IMG/VR virus record: IMGVR_UViG_3300017747_002533
Coordinates: 1 to 41,726 of that record
DNA from: a virus
Lineage: Duplodnaviria > Caudoviricetes
Strand: one strand, 5' to 3'
DNA: 41,726 bases
A program made the position numbers and the translations under genes. Within the stretch, counting starts at the first letter, position 1; each line of letters begins with the position of its first letter. The notes under the pieces are model-generated. The model saw only the letters and a program-made list of their open reading frames with translations, ran no database searches and was not told where the DNA came from. Positions 6,396 to 15,439 of the stretch are shown piece by piece.

Positions 6396-7250
6396 ATGCC
6401 TAGAGGCGTACCTAATGCGGGATACCGCGCGAAGCCTAACAATACCGCCAAACGATTGGCGGCTCTTAAAGTCGAGTACAAGCCCGTGGTAAAAGAGACC
6501 GACGAGCAGATTGAAGCTAGACTAGCGGAACGGTTCGAAATTCTCGATGTCCTCGCCGAGGCATGCACGGTCGGTAACGCTCGTGCTCTTATCGTTTCTG
6601 GTCCCGCTGGTCTAGGTAAGTCCTTCACGATCGAGCGTCGTCTTAAAGAATGGGACCCGAGCGAACTTAGCCATACGATCGTCAAAGGTTACGTTCGGTC
6701 AACTGGGCTCTTCAAGTTGCTGTATAAGCATCGCGAAGAAGGTCAAGTTATTGTTTTCGATGACGCCGACGCGATCTTCTTTGACGATACGGCACTCAAC
6801 CTGCTCAAAGCAGTTTGCGACACGACCGAAGAGCGTCGCGTCTCATGGTTGACCGAAGCTGTTCTTATCGATGAAGACAGTGCGACGCGCATTCCTAGCA
6901 CGTTCACCTTCAACGGTACTATCATCTTCATCAGCAACTATGACTTTGATGCGATGATTGAGAAGGGTCATAAACTTGCGCCGCACCTTTCGGCGTTGGT
7001 TTCCCGTTCTCACTATATCGATACGTCAATGAAGACCCGACGCGATTACCTTATCCGTATCAAACAGGTGATCAAGCAAGGACTTCTTAGCGATCTTACC
7101 GACGAACAGAAGAGCGATGTTATGAGTTTCATCGATGAGAATAACGAAAAGCTCCGCGAACTTTCGCTTCGCATGGCAATCAAACTTGGCAATCTTCGCA
7201 AGACCAACGACAATTGGGAGCGGATTGCTAGAATTACCTGTTGTAAGTGA
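6396..7250 (+). CDS. AAA-family P-loop ATPase
   Basis: Walker A GPAGLGKS, Walker B IVFDDAD, sensor-like IIFISN, SR arginine finger-like. Confidence 0.8.
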   Translation: MPRGVPNAGYRAKPNNTAKRLAALKVEYKPVVKETDEQIEARLAERFEILDVLAEACTVGNARALIVSGPAGLGKSFTIERRLKEWDPSELSHTIVKGYVRSTGLFKLLYKHREEGQVIVFDDADAIFFDDTALNLLKAVCDTTEERRVSWLTEAVLIDEDSATRIPSTFTFNGTIIFISNYDFDAMIEKGHKLAPHLSALVSRSHYIDTSMKTRRDYLIRIKQVIKQGLLSDLTDEQKSDVMSFIDENNEKLRELSLRMAIKLGNLRKTNDNWERIARITCCK

Positions 7251-7257
7251 GGAGAAA

Positions 7258-7518
7258 ATGACCAAGCATAGCTTTCAGGGTTTCTTTTCTAAGAACATGC
7301 TGAAGATCACCGTCATTGTTATTGGCGGGCTCTTCAGCACTCTTGGCATCCGTACGGAGCTAGCAGTCATATTTGAAAGTATGACGCTGGCTTCTTACAC
7401 AGCTATTGCTTGGGTCACACTTCTTATTACTATTTTGTCTTATATCAAGACGAAAGAAGATGAAGAACTACAGCTCATGCGCGAGCGCGAAGAGCATCGT
7501 CGCATGTTGGTTAAGTGA
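7258..7518 (+). CDS. small membrane protein (2 TM)
   Basis: GAGGAG RBS before ATG 7258; two hydrophobic segments. Confidence 0.65.
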   Translation: MTKHSFQGFFSKNMLKITVIVIGGLFSTLGIRTELAVIFESMTLASYTAIAWVTLLITILSYIKTKEDEELQLMREREEHRRMLVK

Positions 7519-7549
7519 CTAAATACGACACGCAACGAAGGAGAGAGTC

Positions 7550-7738
7550 ATGAGCAATTTCAAAGTTTGCTACAGCGTCAAGTATACCGACAAAGAGGGC
7601 AAGAACTTTAATCTTCTCGTCGAGCGTAAGAACTATTTTGAAAATCTACAAGATGCTTTCAAGTTCTGTAAAGAAATCTATGGCTCGCGTAATAACGGTT
7701 ATGAAGTTGTCGGCAAACCCTCTATCGAACGTATGTAG
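7550..7738 (+). CDS. hypothetical protein
   Basis: AAGGAG RBS; ACTAAATA late-like motif at 7518. Confidence 0.65.
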   Translation: MSNFKVCYSVKYTDKEGKNFNLLVERKNYFENLQDAFKFCKEIYGSRNNGYEVVGKPSIERM

Positions 7739-7747
7739 GAGATAACC

Positions 7748-8035
7748 ATGCGTAAGTATCTAGCAGCTGTTATTGTTTTTATTATGACAATGCCCGCATT
7801 TGCTGGTCCGTATAATCGTGCGCATCGCGGTCATTATTATAATGCGCCGCAGCATCACTATCAACCACAGCGGCATCGCAACATTGCGCCGTGGGTTGCT
7901 GGTGGTTTGGCGTTAGGTGCGTTGGGTGCTTATGCTATTACTCGTCCTGATCCTCGTCGTATTATGACTTGCTGGGAAGAAGTAATTGGTTATGACCGTC
8001 GCGGTCGTCCTGTTTATGATGAGGTTTGTCAGTGA
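7748..8035 (+). CDS. small secreted protein of rhizobial type
   Basis: Signal peptide (PAFA), His/Tyr/Arg-rich segment, glycine-zipper AGGLALGALGA, C-terminal Cys pair. Confidence 0.65.
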   Translation: MRKYLAAVIVFIMTMPAFAGPYNRAHRGHYYNAPQHHYQPQRHRNIAPWVAGGLALGALGAYAITRPDPRRIMTCWEEVIGYDRRGRPVYDEVCQ

Positions 8036-8376
8036 ATGTAATAACAAAATATGATGTTGGGTATACCTTTTGGGTGCCTCGTGTTTATAAAAGAATCACA
8101 CAGCAAGAGCTCGTTTGGGAGGGGGAGACTTGGTATAAAGACGTAGAAACCTACGTTCCTTTTGCCAAACTAAAGAAGATAGTATGTATTGAAGTGAGAG
8201 TTGGGCGCAAAACTAATATAACATACGGTACTAAAAATGTTAGTGTCGATGGAGATGAGCCTGTAGAATTAGCAAAGTACTATCCAGAGGATAACATCAA
8301 CGACTATACGGAAGAAGAAGCGTTATCTATCGCAAAAGAACTCGCCGAGCAAAATAAAGAATATTTCGGAAACTGA
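8026..8376 (+). CDS. hypothetical protein
   Basis: ORF coupled to the previous gene (start may be GTG 8032). Confidence 0.65.
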   Translation: MSVNVITKYDVGYTFWVPRVYKRITQQELVWEGETWYKDVETYVPFAKLKKIVCIEVRVGRKTNITYGTKNVSVDGDEPVELAKYYPEDNINDYTEEEALSIAKELAEQNKEYFGN

Positions 8377-8452
8377 TCGGGGTTAGTTCAATCGGTAGAA
8401 CAACGGACTTTGAATCCGTATGTTGGTGGTTCGATCCCATCACCCCGAACCA
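8377..8452 (+). tRNA. tRNA-Gln(UUG)
   Basis: TCGGGGT/ACCCCGA-A-CCA, ACGGA-ct TTG aa-TCCGT. Confidence 0.93.
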
Positions 8453-8467
8453 ATATAAGGAGTAGTT

Positions 8468-8815
8468 ATGATTGACTTTTTGAAAATGAAGCTGCCTCTA
8501 ATCTTTAGCGCATATGCAGCGGCGCTGTTTATTTTCTTCGCGTTTATCTATGCACCAAACATTGAATACTTTGTGTGGGCTAATTTGTTGCTTTTCTCAG
8601 CATGGTCAGCTTATACTTGGGTGATCGTTTGGCGTCAGTCGCGTCTTATTGAAAATATGCTTGAGACTATGGAAGACACTCGCGCAACTATTCACAAGAT
8701 TATCGATGAAGCAATGGCAGAAGTTGAAGCTGAAGATGATCGTTTACTTGAAGAAGTTCGTCGAGAAGCAGCAGAAAAAAAGAAGCGTAAGCCAAGAGCT
8801 CGTAAGACCGATTAA
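8468..8815 (+). CDS. membrane protein (2 TM, charged C-terminus)
   Basis: AAGGAG RBS; two hydrophobic helices then an acidic/basic tail. Confidence 0.7.
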   Translation: MIDFLKMKLPLIFSAYAAALFIFFAFIYAPNIEYFVWANLLLFSAWSAYTWVIVWRQSRLIENMLETMEDTRATIHKIIDEAMAEVEAEDDRLLEEVRREAAEKKKRKPRARKTD

Positions 8816-9099
8816 TCTTTTTTCTCTGCTGTTTTCTTAGCAGCGTCTAGCGTTTTCCAAATCGTGTTGATGTTCTTCTGACAGTCAGTATTGTTTTTGT
8901 GTAATGTGACCAGTAGCTTTGCTACTTCTGCGTCAGTAAGTGTCTCAGGATTTGGGAAACGTCTAACGTTAGGGCAATTAAACAATGTGCGATCGGGAAC
9001 GATTACAACTTGTTCTGTCTTAATAAGAGTTTGCGGAGGTGGGGCTTTCGCACAACCAGCAAGAGCAGCGGCGACAACTGTTACAGCGATCAATCTCAT
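8812..9099 (-). CDS. o-spanin (Rz1-like lipoprotein)
   Basis: Lipobox LAGC, Pro-rich, two Cys, directly downstream of the i-spanin-like gene. Confidence 0.75.
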   Translation of the reverse strand: MRLIAVTVVAAALAGCAKAPPPQTLIKTEQVVIVPDRTLFNCPNVRRFPNPETLTDAEVAKLLVTLHKNNTDCQKNINTIWKTLDAAKKTAEKKD

Positions 9100-9449
9100 T
9101 TTGGTGCATCCTTCAGTTTGCGAACAGTTTCTTTAAGTATTGGCGATGCGGGACGATCGTCTTTTTTTGCATCTTCCGATTCTAGATAGTCAGCAGCTGC
9201 ACGCATCTTGTCGCCAAATATTTTTTTCTCTTCGTCGTTTTTCTTAGCAATCTCTTCTTGCTGTTTAGCGATTTCTTCCATACGGCGACGAAAATTTTCC
9301 TGGTCCTTTTGGTGTTGTTCTAATTGTTTTTGATTATACTCGAGTAGAGCTTCGCGCTCGATACCCTTGCGCCAAGTATAGTAAAGACCAGAAAGAACGC
9401 TAAAAAGTAATACAGCGCCGATTATTATAAATTGAATACGACCGAACAT
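9096..9449 (-). CDS. i-spanin (Rz-like)
   Basis: N-terminal TM plus coiled coil; ATGA overlap with the lipoprotein gene. Confidence 0.75.
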   Translation of the reverse strand: MFGRIQFIIIGAVLLFSVLSGLYYTWRKGIEREALLEYNQKQLEQHQKDQENFRRRMEEIAKQQEEIAKKNDEEKKIFGDKMRAAADYLESEDAKKDDRPASPILKETVRKLKDAPK

Positions 9450-9473
9450 GGAACACTCCCACTTCTAACGTGT

Positions 9474-9481
9474 TATTTATA
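9474..9481 (-). promoter_or_regulatory. T4-type late promoter for spanins
   Basis: TATTTATA = TATAAATA on the minus strand, 25 nt before the i-spanin start. Confidence 0.75.
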
Positions 9482-9485
9482 GGAG

Positions 9486-9671
9486 ATGAAAATGGAACTG
9501 AAAGTTATGGAAGTAAAAGAAGATGGCTCTGCTATTTGCCAGTTTGAGATGTCAAATGAAGAGTTGATTTCTATGGCTAAAATAGGTATACTTGCTGCTC
9601 TTACAAAAGCTATGGAATCTATGGAGGAAGTCGATGAAAGTGAATTTGGGGAGGTATCCGAAGGATGCTAG
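9486..9671 (+). CDS. hypothetical protein
   Basis: Acidic small ORF following AGGAG. Confidence 0.55.
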   Translation: MKMELKVMEVKEDGSAICQFEMSNEELISMAKIGILAALTKAMESMEEVDESEFGEVSEGC

Positions 9672-10077
9672 TAAACCTCGTAAGATCGAAGTAAAAATCG
9701 ATCCGTGGGATACGTGGTCGATGGACAATACGCTTGCGTATATTATCCATCCTATGCTTGTTCAATTAAAAGAAACAAAACACGGTTCGCCATGGGTTGA
9801 TATTGAGGACGCACCGCATATCGGCAAGGGCGAAGATGATGGGTCGGGCAGCGACACCTTGCTCCACGATCGTTGGGATTATGTCCTCGACGAAATGATT
9901 TGGGCATTCAAAACCATCAACGAAAATTGGGAAAAAGAGTTTTATACTCCACCAGAAGGCGAGTGGTCGGTTGAGAATATGGGAACTGTTGATGTTAGGG
10001 GGATGCAGGCAATTCGGATACGTATGGCTAATGGCTTTCGTCTCTTCGGAAAGTATTACCAGGGGCTTTGGGACTAA
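9634..10077 (+). CDS. conserved phage hypothetical protein
   Basis: GGAGG RBS before ATG 9634; D.WDTWSMD.TLA.II.PML, RWD.VLDEMIWAF, NG.RLFGKYY..LWD pattern seen in large phages. Confidence 0.75.
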   Translation: MKVNLGRYPKDASKPRKIEVKIDPWDTWSMDNTLAYIIHPMLVQLKETKHGSPWVDIEDAPHIGKGEDDGSGSDTLLHDRWDYVLDEMIWAFKTINENWEKEFYTPPEGEWSVENMGTVDVRGMQAIRIRMANGFRLFGKYYQGLWD

Positions 10078-10106
10078 ATATAAGGTAGTTTCCCACGGAG
10101 ACCGTA

Positions 10107-10331
10107 ATGAAAACAGTAGTCCTAGAAAATATGGTTTATGTTCCTGAAGAATATGTGAAACAGGCAGCTCGCATCGAACGGGCTATGAACCCCGATAACA
10201 CATTCGATAGATTGCTTGTAACAGCTAATCTTTTCCGCGAAGCTGATCTTACACCCATGTTTTTCTATGATGAAGATGAGATGCATCTATATGTAACGAC
10301 TAAAGAAAAAATGGAAAAAAAGTACCACTGA
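10107..10331 (+). CDS. hypothetical protein
   Basis: GGAG RBS; ACTAAATA at 10073. Confidence 0.65.
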   Translation: MKTVVLENMVYVPEEYVKQAARIERAMNPDNTFDRLLVTANLFREADLTPMFFYDEDEMHLYVTTKEKMEKKYH

Positions 10332-10334
10332 CCC

Positions 10335-10362
10335 CTTGAAAATATTGCGATGCAACCTATAT
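10335..10362 (+). promoter_or_regulatory. RpoH (sigma32)-type heat-shock promoter
   Basis: CTTGAA-N15-CCTATAT, the alphaproteobacterial RpoH consensus, upstream of hsp20. Confidence 0.75.
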
Positions 10363-10367
10363 AATGT

Positions 10368-10423
10368 AGTGGATGCCTAATGGGTCCACTCTATAATCTA
10401 ACTCGCTTAATAGGAGAAAAGAC
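10368..10423 (+). promoter_or_regulatory. ROSE-like RNA thermometer candidate
   Basis: 5' hairpin GTGGA..TCCAC, then CTCGCT-taat-AGGAG: U(U/C)GCU pairing with the SD. Confidence 0.55.
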
Positions 10424-10942
10424 ATGACTAACTGGCCAACATACAAGTTCGATCACTCATTCGCTGATCTTGAGAAGTTTTCCAAGTTTTTCGTCGGAGC
10501 AGATAAGTTCGCTCAAAAGGTTCATGAGACTATTGACCACATCCAAAAGACTGCGACAGCTTATCCTCCATTCAACCTCAAGAAGACAGACGATAATGTT
10601 TATGTTATCGAACTGGCAGTTGCTGGATTCGGAAAGCAAGACGTTGAGCTGACCCTCGAAGATAACAAGCTAGTTATCAAGGGTCAAACCACTCTTGATA
10701 CACTGATCGAAGATGGCGTGAACGTTCAATATCTTCATAAGGGAATTGCTGACCGTGCATTCACCCGCACGTTCTCGCTTGCTGACAATGTCGTTGTTAA
10801 CAATGCTGAGATGATCAACGGCATTCTTAAGGTCTGGCTGGAACACATCATTCCAGAAGATAAGAAGCCAAAGAAGATCGATATCACAGACGCAGATACC
10901 CCTAAGAAAGCAAAGAAAGAACTGCTTACTGAGAGCAAGTAA
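10424..10942 (+). CDS. hsp20: small heat shock protein Hsp20 (IbpA-like)
   Basis: YPPFNL, IELAVAGF, YLHKGIA.RAF.R.F.LA, A.M.NGIL alpha-crystallin motifs. Confidence 0.95.
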   Translation: MTNWPTYKFDHSFADLEKFSKFFVGADKFAQKVHETIDHIQKTATAYPPFNLKKTDDNVYVIELAVAGFGKQDVELTLEDNKLVIKGQTTLDTLIEDGVNVQYLHKGIADRAFTRTFSLADNVVVNNAEMINGILKVWLEHIIPEDKKPKKIDITDADTPKKAKKELLTESK

Positions 10943-10966
10943 GCAAACTTGATTTCTTCGTTATGA

Positions 10967-11004
10967 GGCTGGGCAGGATAGGCTTGCCCAGCCATTTCCT
11001 ATTT
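10967..11004 (+). terminator. putative terminator
   Basis: GGCTGGGCA/TGCCCAGCC hairpin, weak T tail. Confidence 0.55.
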
Positions 11005-11020
11005 CAACATATGAGGAATC

Positions 11021-11200
11021 ATGTTTACCGACTATTATAAAAACTTTGTCGACTGGATGACTGAAAGTCGTATGTACTACACTACTCTACAACAGCTCTA
11101 CAACTTATCTGATAAAGAACTTCGTGATCTGAATTTGTCGCGCGACACTCTAATTCACGAAGTTAATAAAACCTATATGGAAAAGTTCGCCAATAAATAA
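11021..11200 (+). CDS. DUF1127-like small protein (59 aa, absent from the ORF track)
   Basis: GAGGA RBS; MFTDYYKNFVDWMTESRMYYTTLQQLYNLSDKELRDLNLSRDTL... carries the L..LSD.EL.D..LSR signature. Confidence 0.8.
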   Translation: MFTDYYKNFVDWMTESRMYYTTLQQLYNLSDKELRDLNLSRDTLIHEVNKTYMEKFANK

Positions 11201-11226
11201 CTAGCGTTCCTACCGAGGAGATGATA

Positions 11227-11841
11227 ATGCTAGTTACTTTCGATCAGCTAAACGATTTTTTTGAAGACACAGACGAAGATGTTGTTCAGCGTTTTGTTGA
11301 GCCACTAAATGAAGTCATGACTTTCTATGAGATTAATAATTCTAATCGTATCTCAATGTTTCTTGCTCAAGTCGGGCACGAGTCTGGTGGTCTTAGAGCA
11401 ACACAAGAAAATTTAAACTACCGCGCCGAAACTTTGATGAAAGTGTTCCCGAAGTATTTTCGCGGCAAGGATCCTAATCAATATGCTAAACAACCTGAAA
11501 AGATCGCCAATCTTGTCTACGCCAGCAGAATGGGCAATGGTCCTCCTGAGTCTGGTGACGGCTATCGGTTTCGTGGTCGCGGGCTTATTCAGTTAACTGG
11601 TCGTTCAAACTACACCATCTTCGCACAAGATATGGAAATGCCGCTCGAGGAAGTTATTGAGTGGTGCGCTGACCCAGAAGGTGCTTGCTGGTCAGCTGGT
11701 TGGTTCTGGGACTCACGCGAGCTGAATCAATGGGCAGACAAAGGCGACATTCTTACTGTTACAAAGAAGATCAATGGCGGCACAATTGGTTTGAAGGATC
11801 GTGAAGAACATTATCACGCTGCGCTTGAAATATTCCGTTGA
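11227..11841 (+). CDS. glycoside hydrolase family 19 endolysin
   Basis: FLAQVGHESGG, ENLNY, GDGYRFRGRGLIQLTGRSNY, TKKINGG..GL.DR. Confidence 0.92.
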   Translation: MLVTFDQLNDFFEDTDEDVVQRFVEPLNEVMTFYEINNSNRISMFLAQVGHESGGLRATQENLNYRAETLMKVFPKYFRGKDPNQYAKQPEKIANLVYASRMGNGPPESGDGYRFRGRGLIQLTGRSNYTIFAQDMEMPLEEVIEWCADPEGACWSAGWFWDSRELNQWADKGDILTVTKKINGGTIGLKDREEHYHAALEIFR

Positions 11842-11866
11842 CATTTCTCGTCAACTAAGCTATACT
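11838..11866 (+). promoter_or_regulatory. sigma70-type promoter of gp43
   Basis: TTGACA-N17-TATACT. Confidence 0.75.
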
Positions 11867-11892
11867 AATATGATATTTGTTATGGAGGATTC

Positions 11893-14355
11893 ATGAGCAA
11901 GTTTTATACACACGTGCATTTGAGAGGTAATCGAGTTTATGTCCGTGGGTATGACACTGGTTTGCGCATGAAGGAAGTTGTTGAGTATAGTCCGTATCTT
12001 TTTATTCCAAGCAAGCGTGGTACATTCAAAACTCTTGATGGTCAGCCTGTAGAACAAAAGATTTTCCCAAGCATCTACGAAGCAAAAGATTTTATCAAAC
12101 GCTACGAGGATGTGGATAATCTTGACATCTACGGGCTGACTCATTTTCAGTATGCGTACATCTTCGACAACTACAAAGACGATATTGACTACGACCCCAG
12201 TTTGGTTCGTATTGTAACACTCGATATTGAGTGCGCCGCTGACGAAGGTTTCCCCGACATTCAACGAGCAGACAAAGAGATCACCGCGATCACTCTGCGC
12301 AGTCGCAATCGTAACTATGTGTTCGGTTGTGGCGACTTCACGACTGATGACACCAACACCTATTATATCAAGTGCAAACATGAGCAGGAGTTGCTGTCAC
12401 AGTTCCTGAAATGCTGGCAGTCGCTTGACGTTGATATTGTTACTGGCTGGAACATTGAGTTCTTCGACATTCCGTATCTCGTCAACCGACTAAATGCGCT
12501 TGGGTTTGATAGTAAGAAGCTGTCGCCATGGCATATGCTTGACGAAAAGATCGTTGAGTTCCGTGGTAAAGAGAACCAGTCTTACACGCCTGTTGGTATT
12601 TCTGTTCTTGACTACTATCAACTATATCGTAAGTTTACCTTCGGCAATCAAGAGTCGTACAAGCTAGATTATATTGCTAGCATTGAGATTGGTGAGAAAA
12701 AAACTGACTACTCCGAGTATGGTAATCTGCTTGAGTTGTACAAAAACAATTTCCAGAAGTTTATCGAGTATAACATCAACGACTGTGTGCTTGTTGATAA
12801 GCTCGATGACAAGTTGAAGTTTCTTGAGCAGGTTATGGCGATTGCTTATGATGCCAAGGTCAACTACAACGACACGATGACGACTGTTCGTCCATGGGAT
12901 GTTATCATTCATAACTATTTGCTCGAGCAAGGCATCGTTATTCCGCAGTTTAAAAAGCAGCCTGACTTTGACTCGCTCGTGGGTGGTTATGTGAAGGATC
13001 CGCGTATTGGTCTTACACCGTGGGTTGTTTCGTTTGACTTGAACAGTCTGTATCCGCATCTGATTATGCAGTACAACATCAGTCCCGAAACATTCCGTGG
13101 GCGTCTCAATCGTTTCCCGTCGACTGATGAATTGCTAGAAGGTGTCAGCATTCCTAATAAGTTGGATGGTGTATCATATACTGCTAATGGTTGTATGTAC
13201 ACGAAAGAGTTCCAAGGTTTCCTACCTGCGTTGATGGAGAAGATGTATAATGATCGTGTCAAGTATAAACAACAAATGCTTGAAGCAAAGAAGCGGTATG
13301 AGAAAACGAAAAGCAAAGATGACGAAAAACTCATCGCGCGATATCACAACATGCAGATGGCAAAAAAGATCCAGCTTAACTCAGCTTACGGTGCGCTCGG
13401 AAACCAATACTTCCGTTGGTTCAATTTCAACCATGCAGAGGCGATTACAACGTCAGGACAGCTTTCTATTAGGTGGATCGAACAGAAAATCAACCAGTTC
13501 TTCAACAAGCTCCTCAAAACGCAGAATCAAGATTATGTGATTGCGTCTGACACTGACTCAATCTATGTCACGTTTGAGAAGTTGATTCCTCCAGGCAGTG
13601 ATGAATTGCAAGCAGTCAAGTTGATTGATGAGTTCTGTGAAAAGAAAGTGCAGCCATATCTTGATCAGTGTTATGCTGAGTTGGCAGAAAAGATGTCAGC
13701 ATATCAGCAGAAGATGCAGATGAAACGAGAAACTATCGCAAACAAAGGCATCTGGAAAGCCAAGAAGATGTATATCCTCAATGCGTGGAACATTGAAGGT
13801 GTGCAGTTTGATAAGCCAAAGTTGAAAATTCAAGGCATCGAAGCTGTTCGTTCATCGACTCCGCATGCGTGTCGCGAGAAGCTCAAAGAGTCATTTGAAA
13901 TTATTATGAACAAGGACAAGGCTACACTTGATCAGTTCATTCAAGAGTTTCGTGATGACTTTGCTAATTTGTCGTTCGAAGATGTTGCGTTTCCTCGCGG
14001 CATCAAGGGTATGGGTAAGTATCGCGACAGCTCTACAATTTACAAGAAGGGCACACCGATCCAAGTTAAGGGCGCGTTGCTGTTCAATTACATGCTGCAG
14101 AAGCACAAGGTGAAGAGCATTCCACCAATTACTGATGGCGACAAGATCAAGTTTGCTTATCTGAAAGTTCCAAACCCTATCAATGATACTGTTATTGCGA
14201 CTGCAGATTATCTTCCTAACGAGTTCAACCTCGATAAATACATCGATCGTGATACGCAGTTTGATAAAAGTTTCATGGAGCCACTTCGTTCTATCACTGA
14301 AGTGTTAAACTGGGATATCGACAACAAAGCCACACTTGAGGACTTTTTCAAATGA
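11893..14355 (+). CDS. gp43: DNA polymerase, family B (T4 gp43-like)
   Basis: Exo DIE, GWNIEFFD; SFDLNSLYPH, K...NS.YG, DTDS; C-terminal clamp-binding LEDFF. Confidence 0.98.
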   Translation: MSKFYTHVHLRGNRVYVRGYDTGLRMKEVVEYSPYLFIPSKRGTFKTLDGQPVEQKIFPSIYEAKDFIKRYEDVDNLDIYGLTHFQYAYIFDNYKDDIDYDPSLVRIVTLDIECAADEGFPDIQRADKEITAITLRSRNRNYVFGCGDFTTDDTNTYYIKCKHEQELLSQFLKCWQSLDVDIVTGWNIEFFDIPYLVNRLNALGFDSKKLSPWHMLDEKIVEFRGKENQSYTPVGISVLDYYQLYRKFTFGNQESYKLDYIASIEIGEKKTDYSEYGNLLELYKNNFQKFIEYNINDCVLVDKLDDKLKFLEQVMAIAYDAKVNYNDTMTTVRPWDVIIHNYLLEQGIVIPQFKKQPDFDSLVGGYVKDPRIGLTPWVVSFDLNSLYPHLIMQYNISPETFRGRLNRFPSTDELLEGVSIPNKLDGVSYTANGCMYTKEFQGFLPALMEKMYNDRVKYKQQMLEAKKRYEKTKSKDDEKLIARYHNMQMAKKIQLNSAYGALGNQYFRWFNFNHAEAITTSGQLSIRWIEQKINQFFNKLLKTQNQDYVIASDTDSIYVTFEKLIPPGSDELQAVKLIDEFCEKKVQPYLDQCYAELAEKMSAYQQKMQMKRETIANKGIWKAKKMYILNAWNIEGVQFDKPKLKIQGIEAVRSSTPHACREKLKESFEIIMNKDKATLDQFIQEFRDDFANLSFEDVAFPRGIKGMGKYRDSSTIYKKGTPIQVKGALLFNYMLQKHKVKSIPPITDGDKIKFAYLKVPNPINDTVIATADYLPNEFNLDKYIDRDTQFDKSFMEPLRSITEVLNWDIDNKATLEDFFK

Positions 14356-14639
14356 AACTAGCTGATGATGATTTTGGTTTCAGTCTCGTCTCCGAAGCAG
14401 AGTTAAAAGCTCACGAGGAGATGCTGAAGAAAAAAGTAGAAGAACAAAACAAAGTTGTTGCACAAACTGCGCAAACTGCAACTGAAATACAAAACAAGTT
14501 GGAAGGTTTGCGCGATATGATTATGCCTCTGCTGAACAACTTACAAAAAGATCCAGATAAGACTTACATCTTCTGGCCAGATAGAGCTGCTAAGATTCAG
14601 GCATTCATAAAGAAGGTTAACACCTACGTAGACGGATGA
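14352..14639 (+). CDS. conserved hypothetical protein
   Basis: DDFGFS..., PLL.NL.K.PDK.YI.WP.R pattern; coupled to gp43. Confidence 0.75.
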   Translation: MKLADDDFGFSLVSEAELKAHEEMLKKKVEEQNKVVAQTAQTATEIQNKLEGLRDMIMPLLNNLQKDPDKTYIFWPDRAAKIQAFIKKVNTYVDG

Positions 14640-15424
14640 TTAACTACCTAGCTTTGGCGGTAGCGCTGGCACTATCTGCTGTGTCCGCATACTATTCGAT
14701 ATTGGGATTGGCAACTATATTCGCATCTGCTTTTATTCCCGTTGTTCTCATGGGCAGCGTTTTGGAATTAGGTAAACTAGTCACTGCAAGTTGGTTATAC
14801 AATAACTGGCACCAAGCACCAAAAGTTCTTAAATATTATCTTACATCATCAGTTATAGTTCTTATGTTTATATCAAGCATGGGAATTTTTGGTTTCTTAT
14901 CAAAAGCACATATCGACCAATCGATAAGTATCAATACAGGTTCAGCCGATCAAATTGTTATTATTCAAAATAAGATAGAATTCGAGAAACAATCAATCGC
15001 TGATCTTGATAAGCAAATCGCGCAAATAGATGCCGCTATTAATAAAATGACAGATCGTGGACAGGCGGCAAACTCTTTGAGAGCTGCCGATCAACAACGA
15101 AGACAACGCGATATCTTCGTTACTCGCAAGGACACTCATGTCAAAAATATATCCGCACTTACTACCGAGCGAATCAAACTTGAATCAGAAGTTAAGAAGC
15201 TCGAAGCGGAAGTTGGACCACTCAAATATATTGCCGAACTCGTTTACGACAATGCTGATGGGAATCAACTGGAAAAAGCAGTTCGCTATGTTATCATCAT
15301 TATCGTCCTTGTTTTTGATCCTTTGGCTGTGCTTTTATTGATTGCTGCTAATCTTGGGATTAGAAAGTCCTTGACAAAAATGGACGAAAGCAGTATACTT
15401 AAAATTGACGATCGCATTATCTAA
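14636..15424 (+). CDS. membrane protein with coiled coil (4 TM)
   Basis: Three N-terminal TM helices, long coiled coil, EVGPLKYIAE, C-terminal TM VFDPLAVLLLIAAN. Confidence 0.8.
   Translation: MINYLALAVALALSAVSAYYSILGLATIFASAFIPVVLMGSVLELGKLVTASWLYNNWHQAPKVLKYYLTSSVIVLMFISSMGIFGFLSKAHIDQSISINTGSADQIVIIQNKIEFEKQSIADLDKQIAQIDAAINKMTDRGQAANSLRAADQQRRQRDIFVTRKDTHVKNISALTTERIKLESEVKKLEAEVGPLKYIAELVYDNADGNQLEKAVRYVIIIIVLVFDPLAVLLLIAANLGIRKSLTKMDESSILKIDDRII
15371..15399 (+). promoter_or_regulatory. sigma70-type promoter of uvsX
   Basis: TTGACA-N17-TATACT. Confidence 0.7.
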
Positions 15425-15439
15425 CAGTATGGAGACAAC

